Of a stretch of DNA of 64,000 nt, positions 10,243 to 19,744 are shown in pieces. The DNA is taken from IMG/VR virus record IMGVR_UViG_3300044712_000810, positions 1 through 64,000 of that record. One strand, given 5' to 3'. The position numbers and the translations under genes are program-made. How positions within the stretch are numbered: the first letter of the stretch is position 1; each line of letters begins with the position of its first letter. The notes beneath the pieces were generated by a model. That model made no database searches, was not told the origin of the DNA, and saw nothing but the letters and a program-made list of their open reading frames with translations.

Positions 10243-10900
10243 ACATGTTGTAATGGCTCTCTCTGGAGGGCTTGACAGCACAGTAATGTTAGCGCATTAC
10301 TTATCTAACGGTTATACCGTTGATACTATGACATTTACATATGGAAGTAAACACAATTCTTATGAAAATGAAGCCGCAAAGAAAGTATGTGAGTATTATA
10401 ACTTGCAATTCAATCTTTGCGATTTAAGTAATATCATTGGAACATATTTTAAATCTAATTTATTAAAGTCCGGTGGAGCAATTCCTGAAGGACATTATAC
10501 AGATAAAAGTATGGAAACGACAGTAGTTCCTTCCAGAAACATCATATTCCTTAGTATATTATCGGGATTCGCTTGGTCGGTTGAAGCTAGTAAGGTTGCA
10601 ATCGGCATTCATGCAGGTGATCATGCTATATATCCTGATTGTCGTCCCGATTTTTATAAAGCGATGGACAATGCCATTTATCTTGGCACAGATCGTCGTG
10701 TAGAAATGGAAGCGCCTTTTGTCAATATTGATAAAGGTGATATATTTGATATAGGAATGAAATTAAATGCGCCGATTCATCTTACAAGAACTTGTTATAA
10801 AGATCAGCCACTTGCATGTGGCAAATGTGGTTCTTGTGTAGAACGAATTGAAGCAGCAGCAAAATTCGGACACATAGATCCGATCGAGTATGAAAAATAA
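10232..10900 (+). CDS. queC: 7-cyano-7-deazaguanine synthase
   Basis: SGGLDST ATP-pyrophosphatase motif, VPSRN, YPDCRPDF and zinc motif TRTCY...CGKCGSC. Confidence 0.95.
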   Translation: MDNKHVVMALSGGLDSTVMLAHYLSNGYTVDTMTFTYGSKHNSYENEAAKKVCEYYNLQFNLCDLSNIIGTYFKSNLLKSGGAIPEGHYTDKSMETTVVPSRNIIFLSILSGFAWSVEASKVAIGIHAGDHAIYPDCRPDFYKAMDNAIYLGTDRRVEMEAPFVNIDKGDIFDIGMKLNAPIHLTRTCYKDQPLACGKCGSCVERIEAAAKFGHIDPIEYEK

Positions 10901-11174
10901 AGTACTACTCATCGACGATTTAGTCTTTAAACTTCCACCGAAGTTTAATGGTGATATTATCGATGCACTTGAAGTATTTATTAAATACATGCGAGTAATA
11001 AAAAAGAAAGATGGTGGAAAACCAATCTTTCCAAAAGAAGGGACATTTGTAATGTCCGAATTCATAAATGACGCACTTAAAGAAATGGACGAAACACAAA
11101 AGAAAGTATTTGGACAGTTTCTAATTGCGGAACAAATCGATGATGATAAATGGAAAACTATAAATGGAGAATAA
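10890..11174 (+). CDS. Hypothetical protein
   Basis: Overlaps the stop of queC and the start region of queD. Confidence 0.7.
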   Translation: MKNKVLLIDDLVFKLPPKFNGDIIDALEVFIKYMRVIKKKDGGKPIFPKEGTFVMSEFINDALKEMDETQKKVFGQFLIAEQIDDDKWKTINGE

Positions 11175-11175
11175 T

Positions 11176-11607
11176 ATGTGTTTATATTTCATTGAAAAAA
11201 CCTTTGATTTTGAAGCATCACATAGATTGCGTGGATTGATTAAATGTCATCCATGCAGTTCACTACACGGTCACTCATACAAAGTCAAAGTATATGTTGA
11301 AAAACAACATCTGGATGCAAAAGGAATGGTTATTGATTTTGGTGATCTAAAACCATTCGGAATGTGGTTAAAAGAGAATTTTGATCATGCAGTAGTTGTA
11401 TCTCCTGATGATGACGAACTCATTGAGTTTTTAGAAAAACAAGGACAAAAAATTTTCATCATGCCTAATACACTCAATGTAACCGCTGAAAACATGGCAC
11501 GACTATTTGCAGAAAAAGTTAAAGAAATGTTTCCTGATTTACTGGAAAGAAGTATTAGAATTTCAGTTCAAGAAACTGAAAACAATATTGCGGGATATAT
11601 AATGTAA
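11176..11607 (+). CDS. queD: 6-carboxy-5,6,7,8-tetrahydropterin synthase
   Basis: FEASHRL...CSSLHGHSY, GMVIDFGDLK, FDHA, TAENMA, ETENN motifs. Confidence 0.92.
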   Translation: MCLYFIEKTFDFEASHRLRGLIKCHPCSSLHGHSYKVKVYVEKQHLDAKGMVIDFGDLKPFGMWLKENFDHAVVVSPDDDELIEFLEKQGQKIFIMPNTLNVTAENMARLFAEKVKEMFPDLLERSIRISVQETENNIAGYIM

Positions 11608-11659
11608 ATCAATTGGGGTGGGCCAAGATCTGGTTCACCCCACTTTTTAGGAGGTTACT

Positions 11660-11845
11660 ATGGATGATCAAGAAATGATGAAAACAATGGCATTAGAAAA
11701 AATCATCGACTTTCAAGCATTATATGGTACAAATGATATAATTGGATATGTTAAAGATTTAAATACTAAAATTAAAGAATTAAAAGAAAAAAATCAAGAT
11801 CTTCATGATGAAATATCATTTATGATACAAACATCTAACGACTAG
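11660..11845 (+). CDS. Hypothetical protein
   Basis: AGGAGG RBS. Confidence 0.65.
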   Translation: MDDQEMMKTMALEKIIDFQALYGTNDIIGYVKDLNTKIKELKEKNQDLHDEISFMIQTSND

Positions 11846-11854
11846 GAGGTCACA

Positions 11855-12289
11855 ATGGCATCTGAAGTTGAAAAAGTAGCAGAGTTTAAAGACGCAAATC
11901 ATTATCGCACATCTTGTAGATGTGGATCGTCAGATCATTGCCTCGATATGTATATCGAGTATGATAAAGATGCCGATTGGGTTACTGTTGATATGTCTAT
12001 TGAAATGGCACGTCATGAAGAATTTTATGATTCCTTGCCATATGTAATTTCTGATCTACTTGATCGTGATTATAAAGGTCGCACTCCAAAGCGTGAACTT
12101 CTCACTGATTGGATTTGGAATACATATCATTGTATTGCTCGTCGTATTTCAGATGCTTGTAAGATCTTATTTACTGGTCGGGTAGAAACTTCGGGAGATT
12201 TTATCTTCCGTGGAAAAGAACAAATTCAAGAACTCGTAGACGCACTTTATGAAAGCGCTAATCGAATTGAAGGACGAAATAAACGTTAA
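11855..12289 (+). CDS. Hypothetical protein
   Basis: AGGAGG RBS; followed by terminator hairpin. Confidence 0.75.
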   Translation: MASEVEKVAEFKDANHYRTSCRCGSSDHCLDMYIEYDKDADWVTVDMSIEMARHEEFYDSLPYVISDLLDRDYKGRTPKRELLTDWIWNTYHCIARRISDACKILFTGRVETSGDFIFRGKEQIQELVDALYESANRIEGRNKR

Positions 12290-12328
12290 ATTATAGGGCC
12301 GAGAGGCCCATTTTTATTATTTAACATT

Positions 12329-12340
12329 TCATATAGAAAT
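12329..12340 (+). promoter_or_regulatory. TCATATAGAAAT putative promoter
   Basis: Follows the terminator GGGCC-GAGA-GGCCC-TTTTT; precedes an RBS and ORF. Confidence 0.7.
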
Positions 12341-12369
12341 TGCATAGTAAACTACCAAAGGAGCCTTTT

Positions 12370-12771
12370 ATGTTTGAACCGCAGATGAGCAAAGAAGATA
12401 TGATGTATGTTGTTGGAGCAATGGTTACGTCTTCATGTTTGATCGACATGACTCCCGAAGAAATCGAAGCAACAACTAAGATTGCAAAAGAATTGGCAGA
12501 GAAAGAAGAATGGCAAATCGATGAAAGATTTGTCATTAATATGGATACAGGTGCAAAACATTTGATCGATAAAATCAATGCAGGTGATAGACAGCTTTTT
12601 ATTGAAATGACTGGATATAACATGGGTCATTTCATGCACAATATGTCCAAAGAAAAATGGGATACTTTTATTGAAATGTCTAAATCAATGGTTACAGATA
12701 TTACTCCGGATATGAGATTTCTTGCAATGAATGATGAATTTCTTTTAAAGCCTGAGATTGAAATAAAGTAA
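12370..12771 (+). CDS. Hypothetical protein
   Basis: AAGGAG before ATG 12370; single-gene cassette between promoter motif and terminator. Confidence 0.7.
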   Translation: MFEPQMSKEDMMYVVGAMVTSSCLIDMTPEEIEATTKIAKELAEKEEWQIDERFVINMDTGAKHLIDKINAGDRQLFIEMTGYNMGHFMHNMSKEKWDTFIEMSKSMVTDITPDMRFLAMNDEFLLKPEIEIK

Positions 12772-12808
12772 AATACAGGGCCGAAAGGCCCTTTTATTAT
12801 TGCCGATT

Positions 12809-12820
12809 TTATATAGAAAT
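12809..12820 (+). promoter_or_regulatory. TTATATAGAAAT putative promoter
   Basis: Follows the terminator GGGCC-GAAA-GGCCC-TTTT. Confidence 0.65.
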
Positions 12821-12853
12821 AGTATTACTGAGTGCATAGCTGAGAAATGGGAG

Positions 12854-13069
12854 ATGTCCGAAGCTTTCCCACACAGGCTTAGTTTATTGAAGCGGATGAA
12901 AGAAATGGGGTTTAGGCCAAACCGGTGGAGCCACCCAGAAGTGTATCATTGCGCAGAGATAAATGAAAAATATGGAGTCCGAGTCTCTCGGAAGAATTAC
13001 AAAGATTCCATATACGGGAGGGGTAGTGTCCTTTCTGCACTCAACATTTACAACAAGGAGGCAACATGA
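12854..13069 (+). CDS. Small basic protein, possible divergent HicA-like toxin
   Basis: LLKRMKEMGF-RPNRWSH resembles the HicA (L..GF...R..GSH) start; stop overlaps the start of the HicB-like gene. Confidence 0.4.
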   Translation: MSEAFPHRLSLLKRMKEMGFRPNRWSHPEVYHCAEINEKYGVRVSRKNYKDSIYGRGSVLSALNIYNKEAT

Positions 13070-13296
13070 CAAAGTATTTGGCAATAGCTGAAGAATGCGT
13101 TGATGGCGGCTATCAGATTTCGTTCCCGGATTTTCCAAATCTGGCAACGGAGTGTGATAACTTCAGAGACATTTATCCGATGGCAAAGGATTGCATCACC
13201 GGGTATCTTGAGGGTGAAGAACCCTTGTCCGATCCACAAAATAAAGAGGTGTTGGAACCTCTTCCAGGTCAACTGGTCTTCGTCGTATTTGTGTAA
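13066..13296 (+). CDS. HicB-like antitoxin (no DNA-binding domain)
   Basis: YLAIAEECVDGGYQISFPDFPNLATECD...AKDCITGYL matches the HicB N-terminal pattern. Confidence 0.75.
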   Translation: MTKYLAIAEECVDGGYQISFPDFPNLATECDNFRDIYPMAKDCITGYLEGEEPLSDPQNKEVLEPLPGQLVFVVFV

Positions 13297-13334
13297 TATA
13301 TGGGGCTTCGGCCCCATTTTAACTTTTTCTGGTT

Positions 13335-13346
13335 TCATATAGAAAT
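13335..13346 (+). promoter_or_regulatory. TCATATAGAAAT putative promoter
   Basis: Follows the terminator GGGGC-TTCG-GCCCC-ATTTT; upstream of primase. Confidence 0.7.
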
Positions 13347-13393
13347 AGTGTACATGGACCAACATATGGTCTACATATTATTTAGGAGGCATT

Positions 13394-14317
13394 ATGTTTA
13401 ATATATTGTCTTATAATGGGATAGTAAATCACTTAAACAGAATTTCTCCAAATATGTTTAAACAAACATCTGGAGAAATAGTAATACATTGTCCTTATTG
13501 TGGTGATGCAGATAGATCAAATGCAGGAAGTCATGGCCACTTATATTTGGCAAAAGATTCTCCAGTATTTCATTGTTTTAGATGTGATGAATCTGGAACT
13601 CTTGTTCGATTATTATCGGAAACAGGTTTTACAGATGCAGAAACTTTAAGTCATTTAAAGCGAACCACTAAATTTTATTATTCAAAAGATTATTATGATA
13701 TTGATAACAACAAGAAAACAAAAATTAAAGATTTTAAATTAAAGTATAATCAGAGGATCATTGAGTTTGAAAAAACTAAACCTCAAGATTATCAGTTTTT
13801 TAGTAATTACATACACTCACGTATAGGGAGAGTTGAATTCAGTGATTTCCTGTTATATCCAAATGAACATTGGAAGAAACCAATATGTGAGTTTTATAAC
13901 TTAGATGGAGAATGTTCAGTTAAAAGATATACAACTGGAGATCTTCGATATTTTGAAAAGAAAAGTATTTATTATTTTCAAAATTTTGATAATGCGAAAA
14001 AAATCGTATTAGCAGAAGGTCCTTTCGATATTATTAACTTATACTTATATAATAATAAATTTAAAGATTGCCATTTCATTTCAATAAATGGTAAATCATA
14101 CACTTCTGTATTAGAAAAACTAATACAATCAACATTATTATTAGGTGAATATGAAATACATTTAGTTTATGATACTGATAACCCTAGATATAAACAATCA
14201 ACATACGGATGTAAAGCATTAGCAAAAATATATAATAAGAATATCAGTATTAGAAGTTGGCTACCATGTTTATCAAAAGATACCGGTGACATACCATTTG
14301 TCGAGGAGACCTCATGA
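13394..14317 (+). CDS. DNA primase (Zn ribbon + TOPRIM)
   Basis: HCPYCGD...FHCFRC zinc ribbon; LAEGPFD and YDTD TOPRIM motifs. Confidence 0.8.
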   Translation: MFNILSYNGIVNHLNRISPNMFKQTSGEIVIHCPYCGDADRSNAGSHGHLYLAKDSPVFHCFRCDESGTLVRLLSETGFTDAETLSHLKRTTKFYYSKDYYDIDNNKKTKIKDFKLKYNQRIIEFEKTKPQDYQFFSNYIHSRIGRVEFSDFLLYPNEHWKKPICEFYNLDGECSVKRYTTGDLRYFEKKSIYYFQNFDNAKKIVLAEGPFDIINLYLYNNKFKDCHFISINGKSYTSVLEKLIQSTLLLGEYEIHLVYDTDNPRYKQSTYGCKALAKIYNKNISIRSWLPCLSKDTGDIPFVEETS

Positions 14318-15162
14318 TTAAATCAGTTCCGATAACGACGCCAGTATGGGGAATAGTCGGTGCATGTATTAGATGCATCGAAAAAGGTTCCGTCGTTTCT
14401 AGCGTTATTAAAACAACAGATGAATATCAAATTGAATTCGTCGATAAGACTGCCGAAATACAAAAAAGCAGATATTTAAGATTATTTCCAATTAATATAG
14501 AACATGATAAAAGTTCATATGAAATAAATGGAACAGCAAATTATATTTCATTAACAGCGAAAGGTGTAACACCTCCAGTTGAACCATGGGTTGATTTGGC
14601 AAATACATTAAGTGAATATCCATTAGATCCAGGAAGAGCAATCACATATGAATCAAGAAATGTAATTCATTCATTTTTTGACGATGAAAAAGATCATTTC
14701 GTAATTGAAGACAGTGATAACTTATTAGTTAAATTAAAATTCTTTCATGAAAATATTAACAATATGTTATCATTCTTTTCAACTATCACTAGAACACATA
14801 GTGTAAGTGACAAACACGAAGTTAAACTTAGTCAACTGTGGAAAGCAAATCGTTTTATGGGATTATTCGATCAAATCGAAAAACCATCGAAAGAGTCGCT
14901 ACACGGTTTAATTCTATTATTAAAAACCTTTTATGCATCAAGTGTGAAAAACATTAAAGTTATGAACTACAGTCTAACAAAAGAAAATCCATATATTGTT
15001 GTTAAATTTATGGGTTTCACAATAGTTCGTGAACAAATATTAGATCCGTTTAAATATTTAAACCATCCTGGTATTAATTTCATGGCATTACATTTAGAAA
15101 AATCTGGTAAATTTGTTGACTACATGATTAAAGCCAACAAAGAAATGATAAAGGTTCTCTAA
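14314..15162 (+). CDS. Hypothetical protein
   Basis: 282 aa, ATGA overlap with primase. Confidence 0.75.
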   Translation: MIKSVPITTPVWGIVGACIRCIEKGSVVSSVIKTTDEYQIEFVDKTAEIQKSRYLRLFPINIEHDKSSYEINGTANYISLTAKGVTPPVEPWVDLANTLSEYPLDPGRAITYESRNVIHSFFDDEKDHFVIEDSDNLLVKLKFFHENINNMLSFFSTITRTHSVSDKHEVKLSQLWKANRFMGLFDQIEKPSKESLHGLILLLKTFYASSVKNIKVMNYSLTKENPYIVVKFMGFTIVREQILDPFKYLNHPGINFMALHLEKSGKFVDYMIKANKEMIKVL

Positions 15163-15938
15163 TGGAAACTTCATTTAGCAGACAAGTAAGAATAAGTAAA
15201 GATCAATTAGTTCAATCTGAACTAGCAGATTTAATAACTTATACCAGAGGTTCATATTATAAACTCGATAGTATTGAAGAATTTGATGATCATCACATGA
15301 TCACATTTTCAGAAGGAAGATCGAGATTATATGAGAACAAAGATGTTAACAAGTGGTTAACTATCATAACTGGTGGAATTCGTGTTGCACATGAAATAGT
15401 TTTAAATCCATATGAATTTAAAGATGTTTTAACATTCATTGAAAGAGAAGTTCCATATATACATGAATATATTAAAGATAATAAATTATCAGATATAACA
15501 ATATATAGTGAACTAACCGCACATAGCGATATTGATCTTGTCAATTTGGTTGACAAGTTTGGACATCGTTCAGATATTTTAAATAATCATAAAGATAAAC
15601 TTGGCCATTTAGTATTAGTTAATATAATGCGTCAATTTTATCAAGGTGATAACTTTGAACCTGAAAGCAAATTAGTAGCCGGAAAATCAACATTCCATCA
15701 TGTCGAAAGACTTATTGCTGGTAACATTGATTTTGAAGGACTCATTGAATATTATTCATCTAAAATAAGAGGCAAAAACATCTATATTACAAATCAAACA
15801 ACGTTAGCTTATGAATCGACTCATGGTTCATATTTTGACTATGATGGTAATAGAATTTACACTGGTAAAAGATTTAAAAACTTCTTTAGATATGCACCAG
15901 AATTTGGAATACTTGAGACACTTAATTTAATATATTAG
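15162..15938 (+). CDS. Hypothetical protein
   Basis: 258 aa, overlaps the stop of the upstream gene. Confidence 0.75.
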   Translation: METSFSRQVRISKDQLVQSELADLITYTRGSYYKLDSIEEFDDHHMITFSEGRSRLYENKDVNKWLTIITGGIRVAHEIVLNPYEFKDVLTFIEREVPYIHEYIKDNKLSDITIYSELTAHSDIDLVNLVDKFGHRSDILNNHKDKLGHLVLVNIMRQFYQGDNFEPESKLVAGKSTFHHVERLIAGNIDFEGLIEYYSSKIRGKNIYITNQTTLAYESTHGSYFDYDGNRIYTGKRFKNFFRYAPEFGILETLNLIY

Positions 15939-15946
15939 GAGAATTC

Positions 15947-17386
15947 ATGCAAAAGATACTACCTATATTCTATGGTTCTTACGGTCGCTATATTACAAGA
16001 TTTAGAGCTATTCCATATTACATTGATTGTTTGAAACCAGTTGAAAGACGACTACTAGTTGGACTTTATGATAGAGCAAGAACAAAACTTACTAAGAATG
16101 CAACAACTGTTGGTCACGTTATGGGTACAACACACCCACACGGTGACTCTAGTTTAGCTGAATCACTGGTCAACCTAGCAAACGCCGGATACTGTGACTC
16201 TAAAGGAAACTTTGGTTCCCCTGGTCTTAATGATGCTCGCCCAGCACATATGCGTTACATTGAGTGTAAACTTAAAAAATGGGTGGCAGACTTAGCATTT
16301 GAATATATTAAATTTGTACCTTGGGACCGACTCGAACTAGAACCAGAACCACTATACTTACCTTCACCAATCCCCGTTGGACTAATCGGTTCTGGTGTTA
16401 TCTCCGGTATTGCGTTTCACAGACCATTAATTCCGAAGTATAGTTTAAAAGATTTAACTAATAGACTTAAATGGATATTAGAAAATTGGAAAGCATATCA
16501 CGAACTCGACAAGAGTAAAATCGATTATACGCAAGATATGCCAGAAAATATATATGGTCCTAAGATTGCACCTGCAACAGATGATATCTGGTGTAGATGT
16601 GATGTGGCCGAAAGTGCTAAAAACGAATATTATAAAATACTATTTACCGGCCAAGGATCTGTAACTTATATTCCGAAAGGCGAAATCAAAGGAAATAAAA
16701 TCCATATCTATGGTCGTGCACCAAACTCTTCATTTAGTAGTCTAATTAAGGATTCTAGTGAAGCAAATAAGGACAGACCATTAGAAGTAAGATTAGTAGA
16801 TATTTCCGGTGAATTTATCAATATTGAAATCATTCCAGCAAAACGCTCAGCTGATTTAAATCAACTCGCGAAAACAATCTGGAGTGAATATTTAATTAAA
16901 AATATTAACTTTACATCAATTGTTTGTACAGATGATGGTAAAGCAAATGATATTGGCATTGATGACTTATTAATAAATAGTTATAAGTTTTGGAGAGACG
17001 CTGTACTTAATAGTCGTCTCGAAGTATTTAAAAAAGCAAATGAAAATAAATTCGAAATGATTGTTGTCGGACTTGTAAGACAATTATTTGAAAAATATAA
17101 ATCTGTAAAAATCGATGATATCATCGATAAATTTAAACAAGATATACTTCCACAAAACCCAGAAGTAACACTTGAAGATTTAAATAAAGATGACTTGACG
17201 TATTCTAATTTTAAACGTCAAGTCAACGAAGAACACATCCGAAAAGTTTGTAGTCAAAAGTCTATTCAGAAACTAATTGAAATGAATGTTGAAGTTGCAT
17301 CGGCAAATCAAAAGATTCAAGATGCGAAAAACAACATCGCTACTGTTGATAATGATTGTTACGCCTTTGTAAGTAAGTTGTGTTAG
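15947..17386 (+). CDS. Type IIA topoisomerase A-type subunit (GyrA/ParC/gp52-like)
   Basis: RAIPYYIDCLKPVERRLL, HPHGDSS, GNFGSPG and HMRYIE (catalytic Tyr). Confidence 0.9.
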   Translation: MQKILPIFYGSYGRYITRFRAIPYYIDCLKPVERRLLVGLYDRARTKLTKNATTVGHVMGTTHPHGDSSLAESLVNLANAGYCDSKGNFGSPGLNDARPAHMRYIECKLKKWVADLAFEYIKFVPWDRLELEPEPLYLPSPIPVGLIGSGVISGIAFHRPLIPKYSLKDLTNRLKWILENWKAYHELDKSKIDYTQDMPENIYGPKIAPATDDIWCRCDVAESAKNEYYKILFTGQGSVTYIPKGEIKGNKIHIYGRAPNSSFSSLIKDSSEANKDRPLEVRLVDISGEFINIEIIPAKRSADLNQLAKTIWSEYLIKNINFTSIVCTDDGKANDIGIDDLLINSYKFWRDAVLNSRLEVFKKANENKFEMIVVGLVRQLFEKYKSVKIDDIIDKFKQDILPQNPEVTLEDLNKDDLTYSNFKRQVNEEHIRKVCSQKSIQKLIEMNVEVASANQKIQDAKNNIATVDNDCYAFVSKLC

Positions 17387-17543
17387 TAAAATGAAGTAAC
17401 ATTATTTTAGTAAATGTAGTACCCAATTACGAAACTATTATAAATGTCGTAAAAAATAATGTATCAATGTTGTACCCAATTATAGGATCTGTGGGGTAAG
17501 AAAATACTTACCCCACGTACTATTCTTTAATCTTGGAGGAACT

Positions 17544-18092
17544 GTGAAAGCAGTAATTAATTTTTTCGGAGGCCCAGGAACGGGCAAAAGTACACTTGCT
17601 TCAAATCTATTTGTAGAAATGAAAAAGCGAGCAATGAGTTGTGAACTCATCAATGAATATGCGAAAGAACTGACATGGGAATCAAGACATAATATTTTGA
17701 AACATGATCAGCTTTATATATTTGCAAAACAACATAGAAAAATATATCGTGTTGCAGAAAATGTTGACTATGCAATATGCGATAGTCCACTATTATTATC
17801 TGCAATGTATTATGATAAACAATACAATGTTTATGATGAAGATATATTCGATTCTTTAGTTGTTGATACATTTAACAAGTATCCCAATTTAAATTTCTAT
17901 ATTAAAAGATCTACATTATACGATCCTATTGGACGCAATCAAACTGAAGACGAAGCAAAAGAAATCGACGAACGGATTTTAAGATATCTTGACAAACATC
18001 GCATCGAGTGTAATGTTATTGGTTTAAATTTTGATTATAATATTAATCACATTTTAGACACAATAAGGAAACAAAATGTCAATAGTAGATGA
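17544..18092 (+). CDS. P-loop kinase/ATPase (NadR-like AAA_28 type)
   Basis: INFFGGPGTGKST, EYAKELTWE, ICDSPLLLS. Confidence 0.75.
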   Translation: MKAVINFFGGPGTGKSTLASNLFVEMKKRAMSCELINEYAKELTWESRHNILKHDQLYIFAKQHRKIYRVAENVDYAICDSPLLLSAMYYDKQYNVYDEDIFDSLVVDTFNKYPNLNFYIKRSTLYDPIGRNQTEDEAKEIDERILRYLDKHRIECNVIGLNFDYNINHILDTIRKQNVNSR

Positions 18093-18330
18093 TATTAATG
18101 AATTTGATATGCAAATTGAATCTCATTTAAAAGAAATTGACAGACTAAAGAAAGCAAAACAAATACTTATTGATAAGTGGCAAGAAACATGTCCACATCC
18201 ATCACAGACATCAAAAAGTACATATTATGAAGGATCTTATTTAGATAGATCCAGATCAATTGAAACGATTTATTGTGCTATATGTGGAAAAAAATTAGGT
18301 GAACAAACACATATTGGATGGTATGCATAG
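18076..18330 (+). CDS. Hypothetical protein
   Basis: Overlapping co-oriented ORF with C-P-H...CxxC. Confidence 0.65.
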   Translation: MSIVDDINEFDMQIESHLKEIDRLKKAKQILIDKWQETCPHPSQTSKSTYYEGSYLDRSRSIETIYCAICGKKLGEQTHIGWYA

Positions 18331-18338
18331 GAGGATAA

Positions 18339-19346
18339 ATGGCAGATCTTAGTCCGAATATTGCGTGGTATCAAAAATATAGACCTAAGACAATAAATGA
18401 CTTAGTTTTTGAAAATGATAACCATAAAACGTTAGTAGAGAATTGGTTAATTCAAGGTTCTATTGATGGTAACGTTTTGTTATATGGACCTCACGGCAAA
18501 GGCAAAACTACTCTTTCACGTATATTAATCACTGAAATCATTAAAAACCAAAACGACTTATATCGCATGATGTCTCGTTCTGTTAAAGAAATTGACGAAA
18601 TTGCGGTATGGATTAAAAAGAAACCCGTTGGCAGTAAAAAGAAAATAGTATATATCGAAGAATTCGATAAACTATCAGGTCAAGCATTAGGTACAATGAA
18701 AGATACTCTCATGGAAGATTATCAATCTCATGCGAGTTTTATATGTACCACAAACCACTATAATTCAATTCCTGGTGCAGTACTCGATAGATTCAATCAT
18801 CAATTAGCATTCGATGGTAAAAATATCGAAGGTGTAAAAAGAAGACTTACCAGTATTCTTGAAGCTGAAGGTGCTAAATTTGATACTGATGAATTCGATA
18901 AATTCATTACTACAAATAGTGGTAGAAGTTTTAGAAAAATCATTAGTTATTTACAAGAATCTTTTGTAAGTAATAATGGCATTATAAATTTCGCACAACT
19001 CGAAAAAGCATTAAATATTGAACAAAACGTTACAAATCTATTTGTAGGTATGATCAATCAAGTAATGCGAATGACTAATCCAAAAGATAAGAAACAATCA
19101 ATGACTTATCCATTGGAAAGTCCAATTGCAAAAGAATATCAACAGTTTGTGACGATACTTCATAATAACTATGATTTGAACTATGGAAGTATATTTGAAA
19201 AGATATATGATAACATCAAGTTCATTCCGATCAAACTAATACTATCGCATTACTTCGAAACTAGCGATCATAAGAAATGGGCACATGCTCATATGATTGG
19301 TTGTTGGTACGAATGTATGAAATGTGCAACTGAAATAACAATGTAG
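18339..19346 (+). CDS. Clamp loader ATPase subunit (RFC small / T4 gp44-like)
   Basis: WYQKYRPKTINDLV, YGPHGKGKTT, IEEFDKL, FICTTN. Confidence 0.9.
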   Translation: MADLSPNIAWYQKYRPKTINDLVFENDNHKTLVENWLIQGSIDGNVLLYGPHGKGKTTLSRILITEIIKNQNDLYRMMSRSVKEIDEIAVWIKKKPVGSKKKIVYIEEFDKLSGQALGTMKDTLMEDYQSHASFICTTNHYNSIPGAVLDRFNHQLAFDGKNIEGVKRRLTSILEAEGAKFDTDEFDKFITTNSGRSFRKIISYLQESFVSNNGIINFAQLEKALNIEQNVTNLFVGMINQVMRMTNPKDKKQSMTYPLESPIAKEYQQFVTILHNNYDLNYGSIFEKIYDNIKFIPIKLILSHYFETSDHKKWAHAHMIGCWYECMKCATEITM

Positions 19347-19353
19347 GTGAAAT

Positions 19354-19743
19354 ATGAAAATCGTTTGTGATTTAATTCAAGCAGATGTTCCAACACTAAA
19401 TGGAAGAATATATTCAAAAAAAATAATGGAACAGTGTATTGAAAATACGCAAGAAAAAATAAAAAATAGGCAGTTATTTATAACACAAACAGATAAACCA
19501 TCACCAAAAGGTATTGTAAATTTAGAAGACTGTTGTGCAGTCATTACAGAATTGAAATTAAATGAAAATAATAAATTTGAAATTACGGTAGAATCATTAT
19601 CCGGTTTCAAAGGTCCAATGTTTGATAAATTTATTAAATATTGCGATGTTAGTCCTTTTGGTATTGGTACTGTCGATCAGAACAATAATATCGGTGAAGA
19701 TTATAAATTAATTTCATTTAATCTTTATCCAAAACAAAAGTAA
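19354..19743 (+). CDS. Prohead protease (T4 gp21)-like protein, probably degenerate
   Basis: QADVPTLNGRIYS and VSPFGIG resemble gp21 motifs; the GEL-x-HP His is replaced (TQTDKP). Confidence 0.5.
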   Translation: MKIVCDLIQADVPTLNGRIYSKKIMEQCIENTQEKIKNRQLFITQTDKPSPKGIVNLEDCCAVITELKLNENNKFEITVESLSGFKGPMFDKFIKYCDVSPFGIGTVDQNNNIGEDYKLISFNLYPKQK

Positions 19744-19744
19744 T

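Noticed and set aside
10232-11607. Firm claim of 7-deazaguanine-modified DNA
   Set aside because: No dpdA or queE can be recognised in this window, so the destination of preQ0 cannot be decided from this sequence alone
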